From a virus: 55,492 bases of DNA. This document shows positions 39,606 to 48,557 of the stretch, piece by piece (the first letter of the stretch is position 1; every line of letters starts with the position of its first letter). Made by a program: the position numbers and the translations under genes. The notes beneath the pieces were generated by a model that had not been told where the DNA came from, ran no database searches, and saw nothing but the letters and a program-made list of their open reading frames with translations. The stretch covers positions 1 through 55,492 of IMG/VR virus record IMGVR_UViG_3300045988_065224. One strand, given 5' to 3'.

Positions 39606-40181
39606 CTATTCGGGTTTCCGTTCAAGAATCGCCGAAAATTCTTTGATTGTATTATAAACATCGTACACATCTTCCGCTTCAGGAATATATGTATCGATTT
39701 TGTTACCTTGGTAAATACGCAATTCGAAATCTACTCTTTCTGGTTTCTGACCATACTCCAAGCAGAAATAAGCAGCGTAAACAAGAAGTTGTTCCATTTT
39801 TGGCTTGGTCTTACCAGTTTTCAAATCATGAATCCTAAGAAATCCACGAGGATTATCTTTTGTTGGTGGATCATAACGAATTGCATCGGCAGTGCCAAAA
39901 GCATAAGGACTGTAAAATAACAAGACTTCGCTATCCATACGATATCCGATTGCATCATTAACAAAATTTGCAACTGCGGGATGTGTATGGCCTGGCTCTA
40001 ATCTAATTCTATGTTGAATAGATAAGCTAGCGAACTCGTGAAGTTCTGTTCCTCTTTGTTTAGCCTTCTCATTTTCAAAGCGTTCAACGAGTTTTTCCGG
40101 ATCATAATTAAGCCAATGACATTGACTGGCACTAAGGAAACTATGATGTCCTTCGTACTCGGGATGTTTGTTCCATCTCAT
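39606..40181 (-). CDS. PD-(D/E)XK (RecB/Cas4-like) exonuclease, 191 aa
   Basis: FGTADAIRYD...FLRIHDLKTGKTKPKMEQLLVYAAYFCLEY gives the D...D-x-K core typical of the phage PDDEXK_1 exonuclease. Confidence 0.55.
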   Translation of the reverse strand: MRWNKHPEYEGHHSFLSASQCHWLNYDPEKLVERFENEKAKQRGTELHEFASLSIQHRIRLEPGHTHPAVANFVNDAIGYRMDSEVLLFYSPYAFGTADAIRYDPPTKDNPRGFLRIHDLKTGKTKPKMEQLLVYAAYFCLEYGQKPERVDFELRIYQGNKIDTYIPEAEDVYDVYNTIKEFSAILERKPE

Positions 40182-40452
40182 TCAATATAGCCTCCTTATT
40201 TTCAGGATAAATGGTTCTTGCCCAACCGCCTGTCAAATTATACTTGTTTAAGTAATATTCTTGATTAGGACGATACGGTGCAGTTCCACTACGTTTGACT
40301 TCTAAATGATAGGAATATGGACCAAGGTCTACTGATAAGTCAGGTATTCCTTGAATATAGCTAGAGTCATTCTTTTTAACTATAGCATCAGGAAAACGAC
40401 TTTTAATATCCTTGATTAGTTCTCTTTGGAAATCGCGCTCCAATCTGGACAT
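40141..40452 (-). CDS. VRR-NUC-like nuclease (103 aa)
   Basis: ATG 40452 behind GGGTGACAAATAT. ...FQRELIKDIKSRFPDAIVKKNDSSYIQGIPDLSV...YHLEVKRSG gives a PD...E-x-K motif. Confidence 0.55.
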   Translation of the reverse strand: MSRLERDFQRELIKDIKSRFPDAIVKKNDSSYIQGIPDLSVDLGPYSYHLEVKRSGTAPYRPNQEYYLNKYNLTGGWARTIYPENKEAILNEMEQTSRVRRTS

Positions 40453-41600
40453 ATATTTGTCACCCAATTCCTTTCATTGAATTTCTTTTTAGATTTTATA
40501 GACCTAGATATTGCGTCATCAATTGAAGCCGGGCTTTTGAAATATACATAATAAAGATTTTCAAAGGAGGTATTCACGCGATTGATTCGACCTTCTGACT
40601 GGTCCATTATCCTGTATGAATAGTTTAGGGAAAAGAATAGAATGCTATCAGTAGTTATGCAATTCCATGCCTCGGCTCCTGCGGTGTACTGCACTAAATA
40701 TATCCACGAGTCACTGTTTGGTATAGTTTCGTGCTTACTGCCGTTGTATTGATAATACGCTCTATTTAATTCTCGACAAATATCTTTCAAGATGTCGAGC
40801 TCATAGATATAGTTGTAAAACACAATTACTTTGTCTCTTGTCATGATTTCATTCTTGACGGCTTCTTTTCTACGGTCGGAGGAATTAACGATTCTTCTCA
40901 ACACTTGTGTAAATTCCGAAGCGCTGGTAATAGGTTCTTCCGTATATGGGTTAACCCTTGACTTCATTACCTGAGAATATAAATCTTTATCAAAAGATGT
41001 ATTAATTGTGAGTCGGTTAACTTTAGTTTTTCTAAAGTCTTCCATAGCCACCACCAAACTTCTACGGAGCCTATCTAATCGGTCCACTCCATGATATCGT
41101 TTGATCTGTGGGAATTTTGAATATGGATTGTATTCAACATGCATATCAACAAACTGAGATTTGTTTTTGTAAAATCCGTTTGCAATAAATAAACACATCC
41201 AATCTATCCATACATCACCAGGCGTTGCTGTTAGCATTATCCATTTATTTTTTCGGGCAATCTTAATAAAAGACATACCCCACGAACCATAACCGATTGC
41301 TCGTTGTTCGTCGAATAAAAAGAATGCGTTTTCAACATCAGTGTATTTGGTAATATTATTCCAAGAATCAACAGTCCCATTTATACCTAGAGCTTCCATA
41401 TCTCTATGCCACTCTTTATCGTTTCGCTTTTTAGCTACTGTGATAATATACAATGGTAAGTCTTTGTGATTCTTCAAATAATAAAATAGGCCGGTAAAGG
41501 ATTTACCAGAACCGACCTTCCCTAACAATACGGAACCATTATTCAATCTATCAACTGCCTGACGTTGATAGTCGTATAATTCAATTTTATTAGAAGCCAT
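40416..41600 (-). CDS. SF2 (SNF2/DEAD-like) helicase, 394 aa
   Basis: Motif I GKVGSGKS, motif II LFDEQ, motif III LTATPG, motif VI QSEGRINR. Confidence 0.7.
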   Translation of the reverse strand: MASNKIELYDYQRQAVDRLNNGSVLLGKVGSGKSFTGLFYYLKNHKDLPLYIITVAKKRNDKEWHRDMEALGINGTVDSWNNITKYTDVENAFFLFDEQRAIGYGSWGMSFIKIARKNKWIMLTATPGDVWIDWMCLFIANGFYKNKSQFVDMHVEYNPYSKFPQIKRYHGVDRLDRLRRSLVVAMEDFRKTKVNRLTINTSFDKDLYSQVMKSRVNPYTEEPITSASEFTQVLRRIVNSSDRRKEAVKNEIMTRDKVIVFYNYIYELDILKDICRELNRAYYQYNGSKHETIPNSDSWIYLVQYTAGAEAWNCITTDSILFFSLNYSYRIMDQSEGRINRVNTSFENLYYVYFKSPASIDDAISRSIKSKKKFNERNWVTNICPDWSAISKEN

Positions 41601-42129
41601 ATTTACGACGGAGTGGGTTGTCCGCTACACGAATATAAGCATTCTTAAGGTTGAGACGAGCATACTGTCCATCTGGACTTGGGTCTCGTCGAGCAATAGT
41701 CATATCACAAATTGAGATTTCTAAGTCATCAATAAGTGATAGTTGACTTTCTTCTGTAAGATACATGCGATCACGTGGATCAATATCAGCATCAACCGGA
41801 GTATTACCATTATCATAAATAATTGCAATACTTGGTAGGTTGAATTGTGTATATACACGGACCTTGAAGAAATAAGCAGGTTCAAACATGTCTGGATTTT
41901 CTTCCATCTTAGCTGCGAGATCATCTGGAACATCTTTAGGTTCGTATTTCTTAATGTTTACACCGTAAGATAAGAGCAAGTCAACATCTTCTGGGTTTAC
42001 CTTAACGTTAAAATAACGATCTCCTGCGCGGTTGTATTTTTCTTGACGCCCTGTGAAGTTACGAGCGAAGAGAAAATCCACTTCTTCCAGAATAATCTGG
42101 GAATCTGAAATTTGTGAAATCTTTGTCAT
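41590..42129 (-). CDS. hypothetical replication-module protein, possibly an ssDNA-binding protein (179 aa)
   Basis: Called from position between polymerase and helicase and from the acidic C-terminal half. No firm motif. Confidence 0.35.
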   Translation of the reverse strand: MTKISQISDSQIILEEVDFLFARNFTGRQEKYNRAGDRYFNVKVNPEDVDLLLSYGVNIKKYEPKDVPDDLAAKMEENPDMFEPAYFFKVRVYTQFNLPSIAIIYDNGNTPVDADIDPRDRMYLTEESQLSLIDDLEISICDMTIARRDPSPDGQYARLNLKNAYIRVADNPLRRKYGF

Positions 42130-42172
42130 TAGTATGTCCTTTCTATTCTGACGTTAGTCTGACATTGTTTTC

Positions 42173-42220
42173 AAAAAAGAAGAGAAGAGAACAAATCAGC
42201 AGAATTTTGTTCTTCCTCTC
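42173..42220 (-). terminator. hairpin plus T-run located downstream of promoter-like motif copy 9; terminator or attenuator
   Basis: Minus strand GAGAGGAAGAACAAA-ATTCTGCTGA-TTTGTTCTCTTCTCTTC followed by TTTTTT. Confidence 0.5.
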
Positions 42221-42248
42221 TATTATGTGCCATGTAAATCCTGCGAAG
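42215..42248 (-). promoter_or_regulatory. conserved promoter-like motif, copy 9 (CATAAT variant)
   Basis: Minus strand CTTCGCAGGATTTACATGGCACATAATAGAGAGG with the same GCAG-11-2-hexamer spacing. Lies between the polymerase stop and the hairpin. Confidence 0.45.
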
Positions 42249-42276
42249 CCTAAAATCAACCTGCGGGAAAATTCAA

Positions 42277-45200
42277 TCACGAGTTCTCAGATGTTTTGAT
42301 TTTGAGAGTTCCGTGATCGATAGAAATGGTTTGTGTGCTTGGATATTTGTCTTGAAGTTCAAGATCGTCAACATAGTCCTTAGGCATGTCGTCAACAATA
42401 TCTTTGATATCGCCAACCTTCATGATTTTCTTAAGACCATCGACAGCAATCTTATCGTAGAAGCTGAAATCAACATCTTCAATATCAAACTTATCTGTTT
42501 GTTTGAACAAATATCCTTTCGTTCCAGTAATGGACTTGAAGTTTTCATTATCTTCTGTCCACATACATTCCGCACCAGTCTTAGATGCATAAATAGAGCC
42601 AACCTTACCAACGAATTCGTCACCGAGATAAATATGACCTTTCGATTGTTTGGTGATGAAGAAATCTTTATCAACCAATTCCTCTTTTGTCCATACTCGT
42701 TTCAACAAATATGTATTGGCGTACTCTGCTCCAGTTGGCGACCAAGCATCATTTTCAAGTTGAGCAATATAAACAGCGTTGTTGATTAGAGCCATACGTT
42801 TATAAGTATGCTCATGTTCAAATCGATATCTATACTTCTCTTGAGCTCCGAAGTCTTCAACAAATTTAATAATCTTCTCATCTGCATTTGGAATCTTAAC
42901 AGAGTCAGTCTTAATATGACAAACCTGATATCCTTGCTCTTCTATAGCAAATTTCAAATCGACCATAAATAATGCTCCACGTTTTGCAACGATGTTGTCA
43001 ATATTATCTGGGTGTTTGAACTTGTTATCAAATTTAGCAGAGGTCATTCCGTAAACAGAGTTGATTACGATCTTCAATGCGGTTACCAAAGGTTTGAGAT
43101 ATTCTGGATTATCCAAGAACGGAGCCAAGACACCATCAAACATTTGTTTAACTTCATCAATCTTGTTGTGTTTCAACAATACACGTACCTTCAACAAGTC
43201 AGCATATCGTTGAGTATATGGACCGAAGTAGTTCATATTTACAAGAGAGTTAGGATGCATTGACTCAACGTCAAGCAAAGCGATATTCTTGTATACACCA
43301 GGTTCGGCATATACAAATCCTCCTTCACCAGTTTCAAAGCCACGGTAATATGACTTACCGAACTCATACTTGTATCCTGGGAATATGGTCGCGAGGTTGA
43401 CATAATTAAATTTGTCTTGTGGACGTGGGTCATCACCAAAGATAAATTTAGCTGTCAATTGGTTGTTAGTTGCATTCATCGAACCTTTAGCAATTGTAGC
43501 CAAGATTTCACGCGCAACATAGTCTGCATAAATAGCGTCGAACAATTTCTCAGTTGCATCAACGTCGTTAACACAGTAATCAACAACAACAGGAATTAAC
43601 TCATCAGGAACAGGTTGGTCCCAAGGAATTTCCATCTCGACGTGTTTGATACCAAGATCAACTTCCCAACGTTTAAGCGATTGTTTCTTCTGAGCGTACT
43701 CGTAAATATCGGTATAGCTTAATTCGTAAGCCGCCGCATACATTCCACTCTTCGCATTTTTTTCGTTGACAATTCTATATGACTGACGGAATAACTCAAG
43801 ATTGTTACATCCAAGTAATCGAGCATAGAGAATATGGTTATCGTATCGTCGGTTATTAAATCCAACGATAGGGAAACTCAACAAATATTCAATCTGATCT
43901 GGAGTTGGGTTAATCCATTTTGTAAATTCGTCATCATGGTATTTCTTCCAGACGACTACAAACAGATTAGGATATACCTCAATATCGAAGAACACCAATT
44001 CTTCTTTTGGATATATCTTCGTGAAGTTTGTAAGCTTATTTTCAGTAGCTCCCTCATCATCTCGAATAGACGACCAAGGAATCTTTTGAAATACTGCAAC
44101 ACAATATTCTTTGTTGTTCGTTGAACGCAACGCTCGAAGAAATACATCATGCTTCAAATCAGTCAAGTCATATTCAAGACCCATGTCAAAAGCTTTCTGA
44201 ATTTCACTAGCAATAAAATCAATAGTTGGCTTTGTATTTGGGTGACTGGGTTCTTTACCCTCAATCTGTCCCAATTGCCTCTTGACGAAATTACGCAACG
44301 TCTTTTCTGTATATGTGATTTCTTTCACATGCTCATACATCGTCTTATCCTTTCTCTCTTTCAACGGCAAGCCCGATGAAATATGAGATGGTTGTAAGTT
44401 GTTGGATGCTTTGTCAATCCGTCTCAGAGAGGCGTTGCCTTTATACACTTTGATTTCAATATGCTTGTCAACCAAATTATTTAACTCATTGACATTACCG
44501 TCGTAGATATAATGCAAATGAATACCGTGACCCGATTTTGAGACCTCCGCATAAGTCGGTGGAAATTTTGAAGCTGCCTCAATATTTAAATCAAGACTTT
44601 TATTCCCTTCCTCGTCTTTCAAATCAAAATCAATGATAATATGATTAAGTGGAACCTTAACCCAATGCAACTTGCTTGTTTTGATATCGGATAAAGTAGT
44701 CACGACATTATCCCATTTTTCAGATGGATTACCATTTCGTAAAGCCAGCTGCGCAGGATATTCAGCTGCTAGTTTATTAAACACCTCGTTGTGATAATTG
44801 AAATCTAACCAGTCGTCTGGAATAACAGTATCATTTGCCTCAGTTGTACCTACGACACCTTCAGGGAATGCAACATTCCATCTGAACCCTTTGAAATAAT
44901 TGTTAACACGCATACCATCGATATGACTATCTTTAAGCATTGTGTCAAAATATCTAAGAGCCTCTCTCTTGATGGTTGCTTTGTATCCGTCCGTCTTCCA
45001 CCCCATATCTTCCAGATACTCACGATATAACTCACTGATTTGTTTAAGAGTTATACCATGTTGCATATGAATCGCATTGGTTCGCATGAAGTCAAAGATA
45101 TGGTCGGTCTGTTCTGCCATGTCGACATCAAAATAATCATCGTAGTAATCAAAACCCAATTCTTCAAATCTTTGAATTGCCATGTTAGCAATATATGGTA

Positions 45201-46155
45201 GTTCGTATTTGATTTGGCTCATGAGTTGATTATATTTCGTATGACTTACTTTCTGTCCACTCGGGTTAACAACAATAGCACGTCGAGTAATACCCGAGTC
45301 TACGTTTCGAACTTTATAGCGTTGGTTGGAGGCCGTGATTAACAAACCAATAAATTTAACATCATAAGGTTCTTTAAATTTCTTGTTGACAGAAATAGTT
45401 TCGTGACTTGTCAGTTTCAATAACGGAGTGTCGTTATAAATATGACTGATGTCAGTATCCTCGTCAATCAACAATGGAACTTCCTGAATTTGTCCCGTTG
45501 CAAATTGGTCCGAACTAGTCAGCAATTTCAAATCAATGGTTCCACAATATTCCTGAAACAGCATTCGGAATATTTTTAAGACAGTACCTTTACCGCTACC
45601 TTTTGAACCATACAAATACATGAACTTCTCAATCTTGTACATGTTGTTCGTAAATAACGCTCCCATGAACCACAATATCTTGTCAAGTTCTTTAGGAAGA
45701 TATAAGGTACCAATCAATTCTTTAAATGCAACTGCATCTCCTTCTTGTGGAGAATAAGTCAATTGCGTTGTGGCGTAATCTCTTCTCTGCATCTTATGAC
45801 CCGCGAATAACACTTTCTGGTTGAAAGAAATCTCACTAGCTTCACAAGCTTTACAGAAATCTGCAAATAAACGAAACTTCCCGGCAGAGGCTTTTCGAAT
45901 CTCTTTAACATCAATTCTCAGACCCGGACGTCCGTCTTCTAATTCTCTTGCCTTACGCCAAAGCAGAGAGTCAATATCATAAAATAGGTTTTTCTGTTTA
46001 GTGTCCCAGAAACTTCCATTCCAATATGCATAAAACTTGGAACCTTTAACAACCAAGTCTTTAGCATCGCCAAATATAAAGTCAGGAGAAACCTCATAAT
46101 CAACGGTACGATTGTTGGAAGTGAACTTTTTCACAGACACATCTAAAAAATCCAC
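42277..46155 (-). CDS. fused SF3 (P4/D5-type) helicase, archaeo-eukaryotic primase (prim-pol) and family B DNA polymerase, 1292 aa
   Basis: GTG start behind GAGGAGGTAAAAATTA. Walker A LYGSKGSGKGT with a P4-primase C-terminal pattern (aa 160-300). AEP motifs IIIDFDLKD and SKSGHGIHLHY (aa 505-550). Exonuclease motifs FFDIEVYP, GFNNRRYDNHIL and VDYCVNDVDA. PolB motifs LLDVESMHPNS, KIVINSVYGMTS and HIKTDSV. Confidence 0.8.
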   Translation of the reverse strand: MDFLDVSVKKFTSNNRTVDYEVSPDFIFGDAKDLVVKGSKFYAYWNGSFWDTKQKNLFYDIDSLLWRKARELEDGRPGLRIDVKEIRKASAGKFRLFADFCKACEASEISFNQKVLFAGHKMQRRDYATTQLTYSPQEGDAVAFKELIGTLYLPKELDKILWFMGALFTNNMYKIEKFMYLYGSKGSGKGTVLKIFRMLFQEYCGTIDLKLLTSSDQFATGQIQEVPLLIDEDTDISHIYNDTPLLKLTSHETISVNKKFKEPYDVKFIGLLITASNQRYKVRNVDSGITRRAIVVNPSGQKVSHTKYNQLMSQIKYELPYIANMAIQRFEELGFDYYDDYFDVDMAEQTDHIFDFMRTNAIHMQHGITLKQISELYREYLEDMGWKTDGYKATIKREALRYFDTMLKDSHIDGMRVNNYFKGFRWNVAFPEGVVGTTEANDTVIPDDWLDFNYHNEVFNKLAAEYPAQLALRNGNPSEKWDNVVTTLSDIKTSKLHWVKVPLNHIIIDFDLKDEEGNKSLDLNIEAASKFPPTYAEVSKSGHGIHLHYIYDGNVNELNNLVDKHIEIKVYKGNASLRRIDKASNNLQPSHISSGLPLKERKDKTMYEHVKEITYTEKTLRNFVKRQLGQIEGKEPSHPNTKPTIDFIASEIQKAFDMGLEYDLTDLKHDVFLRALRSTNNKEYCVAVFQKIPWSSIRDDEGATENKLTNFTKIYPKEELVFFDIEVYPNLFVVVWKKYHDDEFTKWINPTPDQIEYLLSFPIVGFNNRRYDNHILYARLLGCNNLELFRQSYRIVNEKNAKSGMYAAAYELSYTDIYEYAQKKQSLKRWEVDLGIKHVEMEIPWDQPVPDELIPVVVDYCVNDVDATEKLFDAIYADYVAREILATIAKGSMNATNNQLTAKFIFGDDPRPQDKFNYVNLATIFPGYKYEFGKSYYRGFETGEGGFVYAEPGVYKNIALLDVESMHPNSLVNMNYFGPYTQRYADLLKVRVLLKHNKIDEVKQMFDGVLAPFLDNPEYLKPLVTALKIVINSVYGMTSAKFDNKFKHPDNIDNIVAKRGALFMVDLKFAIEEQGYQVCHIKTDSVKIPNADEKIIKFVEDFGAQEKYRYRFEHEHTYKRMALINNAVYIAQLENDAWSPTGAEYANTYLLKRVWTKEELVDKDFFITKQSKGHIYLGDEFVGKVGSIYASKTGAECMWTEDNENFKSITGTKGYLFKQTDKFDIEDVDFSFYDKIAVDGLKKIMKVGDIKDIVDDMPKDYVDDLELQDKYPSTQTISIDHGTLKIKTSENS

Positions 46156-46321
46156 TAATTTTTACCTCCTCGTGCCTCACACATGTTTTTGCCCGCATTT
46201 CCCTATTGTTATTATATACAGTACACTTTTTAACTCATTCCTATATACAATAGAAAATGTGAGATTTTCCTGTGTATTTTCGGTTTTTTTATGTTTTCCC
46301 CATGTTTTTTCGTGCAGTTAC

Positions 46322-46353
46322 CTCAAATATTATAGCAAAAATTCGTGCTGCCC
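46322..46353 (-). promoter_or_regulatory. promoter-like motif, copy 10 (divergent middle, same spacing)
   Basis: Minus strand GGCAGCACGAATTTTTGCTATAATATTTGAGG, that is GCAG-11 nt-GC-TATAAT exactly as in copy 6. Lies about 170 nt upstream of the polymerase start. Confidence 0.45.
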
Positions 46354-46368
46354 GTAAAATTTTCATGT

Positions 46369-46392
46369 GCTGCACAAAAAAAAACGTGCAGC
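46369..46392. repeat. 7-bp inverted repeat GCTGCAC / GTGCAGC separated by A9C
   Basis: Read directly from the sequence: gctgcacaaaaaaaaacgtgcagc. Confidence 0.8.
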
Positions 46393-46517
46393 TAAACACC
46401 CAAATTTGACCAATTTTATGCCAAAATCCATCAGTTTTCCTAAAATATCGATGTAATTTCGAGTCGTTTCAACCCTAAAATCCACCCAATTTCCCACAAT
46501 ATTATAGTAAAATACCA

Positions 46518-46769
46518 CTATTTAGACCTCTTAATCCACGAAATTTCGACCCGATTTACCAGATTATTGTCCGTTTGATACCTGTCAGCGACCCTAACAA
46601 GGTACTCAAAACCGCTAATTTTAGCCCGAATAACCTCTCCATAAAGCGTGGTAAGGACCGGATTTCGGCTCAATACAAGCTTCCATCCAGTCACTAAACC
46701 CTGCTTATCATGAATATAAACCGCGTCAAATGCGTCGAGGACTATAGGATTTGTGTTCTTTTTACCCAT
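46518..46769 (-). CDS. hypothetical protein (83 aa)
   Basis: ORF-track ORF. Last gene before the control region. Confidence 0.55.
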   Translation of the reverse strand: MGKKNTNPIVLDAFDAVYIHDKQGLVTGWKLVLSRNPVLTTLYGEVIRAKISGFEYLVRVADRYQTDNNLVNRVEISWIKRSK

Positions 46770-46780
46770 AGTCCCACCAA

Positions 46781-47686
46781 CTATTTACGTGTATTTTCAG
46801 TATCTGTGGTAATCTTACCATCAGGCTCAACAGTAAATGCTGGCTTAGTATCAAGACGTCCATCAGGAAGTAGCTTATACCAACCATCGTTGTAGCGAAT
46901 GAAATGATCGCTGAGCATATTTCCATCTTTTGGATCAAGATAGAACCAGTCGTCGAAATATTTCACCCAACCGGTTTGCATAGCGCCGTCACGGTTGAAG
47001 TAGTACCAATATCCTTTGATCTTCTTCCAAGACGTAGCCATGTAGCCGTCTTTGTCAAAGTAATACCAATGACCATCAGTGTGTTTCACCCAATCTTCAG
47101 CAACCATATATCCTTCAGAATTGAAGTAGAACCATGAGCGATTTTCTTCAATATACTCGAAGCGAGAAGCAGGATATGTACCGTTACCACGCGCCCACCA
47201 GAAGCCCTTAGAGTCTTCTTGCCAGCCTTTCTTAACAGGCGCAGGAGCAGCGTCGTTGTTTGTCAAGCGGTAGATGTAATAATATGGTTTACCAGCATAA
47301 GCCCAGCGTTCATCGTGGTCATTGATTGAGATGCCATCGTAAGGATAATTACAGTGGATGATGTTGTCTCCATCGATAAACATACCAGTGTGTCCGCCAG
47401 CTCCTGAAGAATATCCCTTACGTCCCCAGATGAAGATATCGCCACGTTTAGCAGTGAAGGGTGTGTTCTCGGAAATCAATTCGTATCCGTTGTCGATGAG
47501 CCATTGGTGCTCGTATTCAGTATTTACGGCCCAACCCGCAGACGCAGCTCCTGCGCTGCGTAGTGCATAATATACTGATGATGAACAGTCGTAAGAGTCA
47601 TCACCATCGCGAGATGTCATACTGTAGGATACTTGTCCCTTGCGTGCTTGCATCCAGTCAATTGCTGTGTCAATGTTAATTGTCAT
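46781..47686 (-). CDS. endolysin: Amidase_5-type N-acetylmuramoyl-L-alanine amidase with choline-binding (CW_binding_1) repeats, 301 aa; Pal-like
   Basis: [17 protein letters not shown]...GDIFIWG...[17 protein letters not shown] in the catalytic domain. The C-terminus has repeats of the GWxK..G.WYYF..DG.M type ([45 protein letters not shown]). Confidence 0.9.
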   Translation of the reverse strand: MTINIDTAIDWMQARKGQVSYSMTSRDGDDSYDCSSSVYYALRSAGAASAGWAVNTEYEHQWLIDNGYELISENTPFTAKRGDIFIWGRKGYSSGAGGHTGMFIDGDNIIHCNYPYDGISINDHDERWAYAGKPYYYIYRLTNNDAAPAPVKKGWQEDSKGFWWARGNGTYPASRFEYIEENRSWFYFNSEGYMVAEDWVKHTDGHWYYFDKDGYMATSWKKIKGYWYYFNRDGAMQTGWVKYFDDWFYLDPKDGNMLSDHFIRYNDGWYKLLPDGRLDTKPAFTVEPDGKITTDTENTRK

Positions 47687-47963
47687 TTTGTTTCTCCTTT
47701 AGTTTTATAATGTCTCCTGAATGTTTGTAATCAGGAATATAGTGAGGTGGAATTTTCTCAAAGCGTTCAATGACCTCATACATCGAGTTACTTTCAATCC
47801 TTTCTTCCACCAGACCCATTTGTTCTCGGATATTTTTCCAAGTGTCTGAGTCTACGACGTGAATATGTTTAGTGACACCATTGTTAGTAACCTTTCTATA
47901 GCTAGGTTTACCAACCCTTATTTCCCCGTGGTATCCGGAGTCAAGTTTAAGAGCTTTTGCCAT
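47676..47963 (-). CDS. hypothetical protein (95 aa, no TM segment)
   Basis: ORF-track ORF with AAAGGAAG upstream of the ATG. Confidence 0.6.
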   Translation of the reverse strand: MAKALKLDSGYHGEIRVGKPSYRKVTNNGVTKHIHVVDSDTWKNIREQMGLVEERIESNSMYEVIERFEKIPPHYIPDYKHSGDIIKLKEKQNDN

Positions 47964-48283
47964 TTCTTTAGAACTTCCTTTTCTTTGTTTATACGAATAT
48001 ATGCCATACCCTTAACCATGAAATGAATATTTAGTTCTACTGTCTTGATTATAATAGAGCACATATTGTTATCAATTCCTGTATGGTCTAAACAGTATTT
48101 GAATTCTTCTAATTTATCCGTTTCATAGATATATTGAGAAAGAAATTCAATTTGATTTTTAACCAAGGTCAGATAATGTAAATAATGATCAAAATCTTTA
48201 GATTTCTTCATAAGTTCGTAGTAATTCTCAATTTCATTGAGATATCCTCGTATAGACCTCTCACCGCTATAAAATTTACTCAT
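47918..48283 (-). CDS. hypothetical protein (121 aa)
   Basis: ORF 47918..48289 trimmed to ATG 48283 behind AAGGATTTTGATC. Confidence 0.6.
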   Translation of the reverse strand: MSKFYSGERSIRGYLNEIENYYELMKKSKDFDHYLHYLTLVKNQIEFLSQYIYETDKLEEFKYCLDHTGIDNNMCSIIIKTVELNIHFMVKGMAYIRINKEKEVLKKWQKLLNLTPDTTGK

Positions 48284-48557
48284 GATCAAAATCCTTCAGT
48301 TTCAATACATTATTTGCAACATCAATAAAATGTTCCAATACTTCTTTACTTAAATTGGGAATAAGACAATCTAAAGCTACCATGAGATCATACCCATTAA
48401 CCGATTCAGATGTTTTGTTCTTATAATCCAATATAGCCAATGGCGTAATATCAGTCTTACCGGCACCACTAGTTAGAAGAACTTTGATATGCTCATTCTT
48501 TTTAACGAACAACTCCTCCAGTTCCTCATAGATATTTTTAGGTTCTTCCTGAGGCAT
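48276..48557 (-). CDS. hypothetical protein (93 aa; start uncertain)
   Basis: ORF 48276..48602 trimmed to the internal ATG (MPQEEPKN) to limit overlap with 48538..48912. Confidence 0.5.
   Translation of the reverse strand: MPQEEPKNIYEELEELFVKKNEHIKVLLTSGAGKTDITPLAILDYKNKTSESVNGYDLMVALDCLIPNLSKEVLEHFIDVANNVLKLKDFDHE

Larger units (their letters stand above)
46156..46517. promoter_or_regulatory. 362-bp non-coding control region with iterons, an inverted repeat and promoter elements; candidate origin and replication-operon promoter
   Basis: Longest non-coding stretch in the genome. CGTGCAG/CGTGCTG-type repeats at 46311, 46344, 46367 and 46385. Repeated AAATT(T)GGGTG and GGATTTT(A/G)G on the minus strand. 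TATAAT hexamers at 46329 and 46501. Confidence 0.5.

Noticed and set aside
46364-46392. The inverted repeat GCTGCAC-A9C-GTGCAGC read as a terminator for the 83-aa gene.
   Set aside because: On the transcribed strand the T-run lies in the loop rather than after the stem, so it does not look like an intrinsic terminator. It is more likely a protein-binding or origin element.
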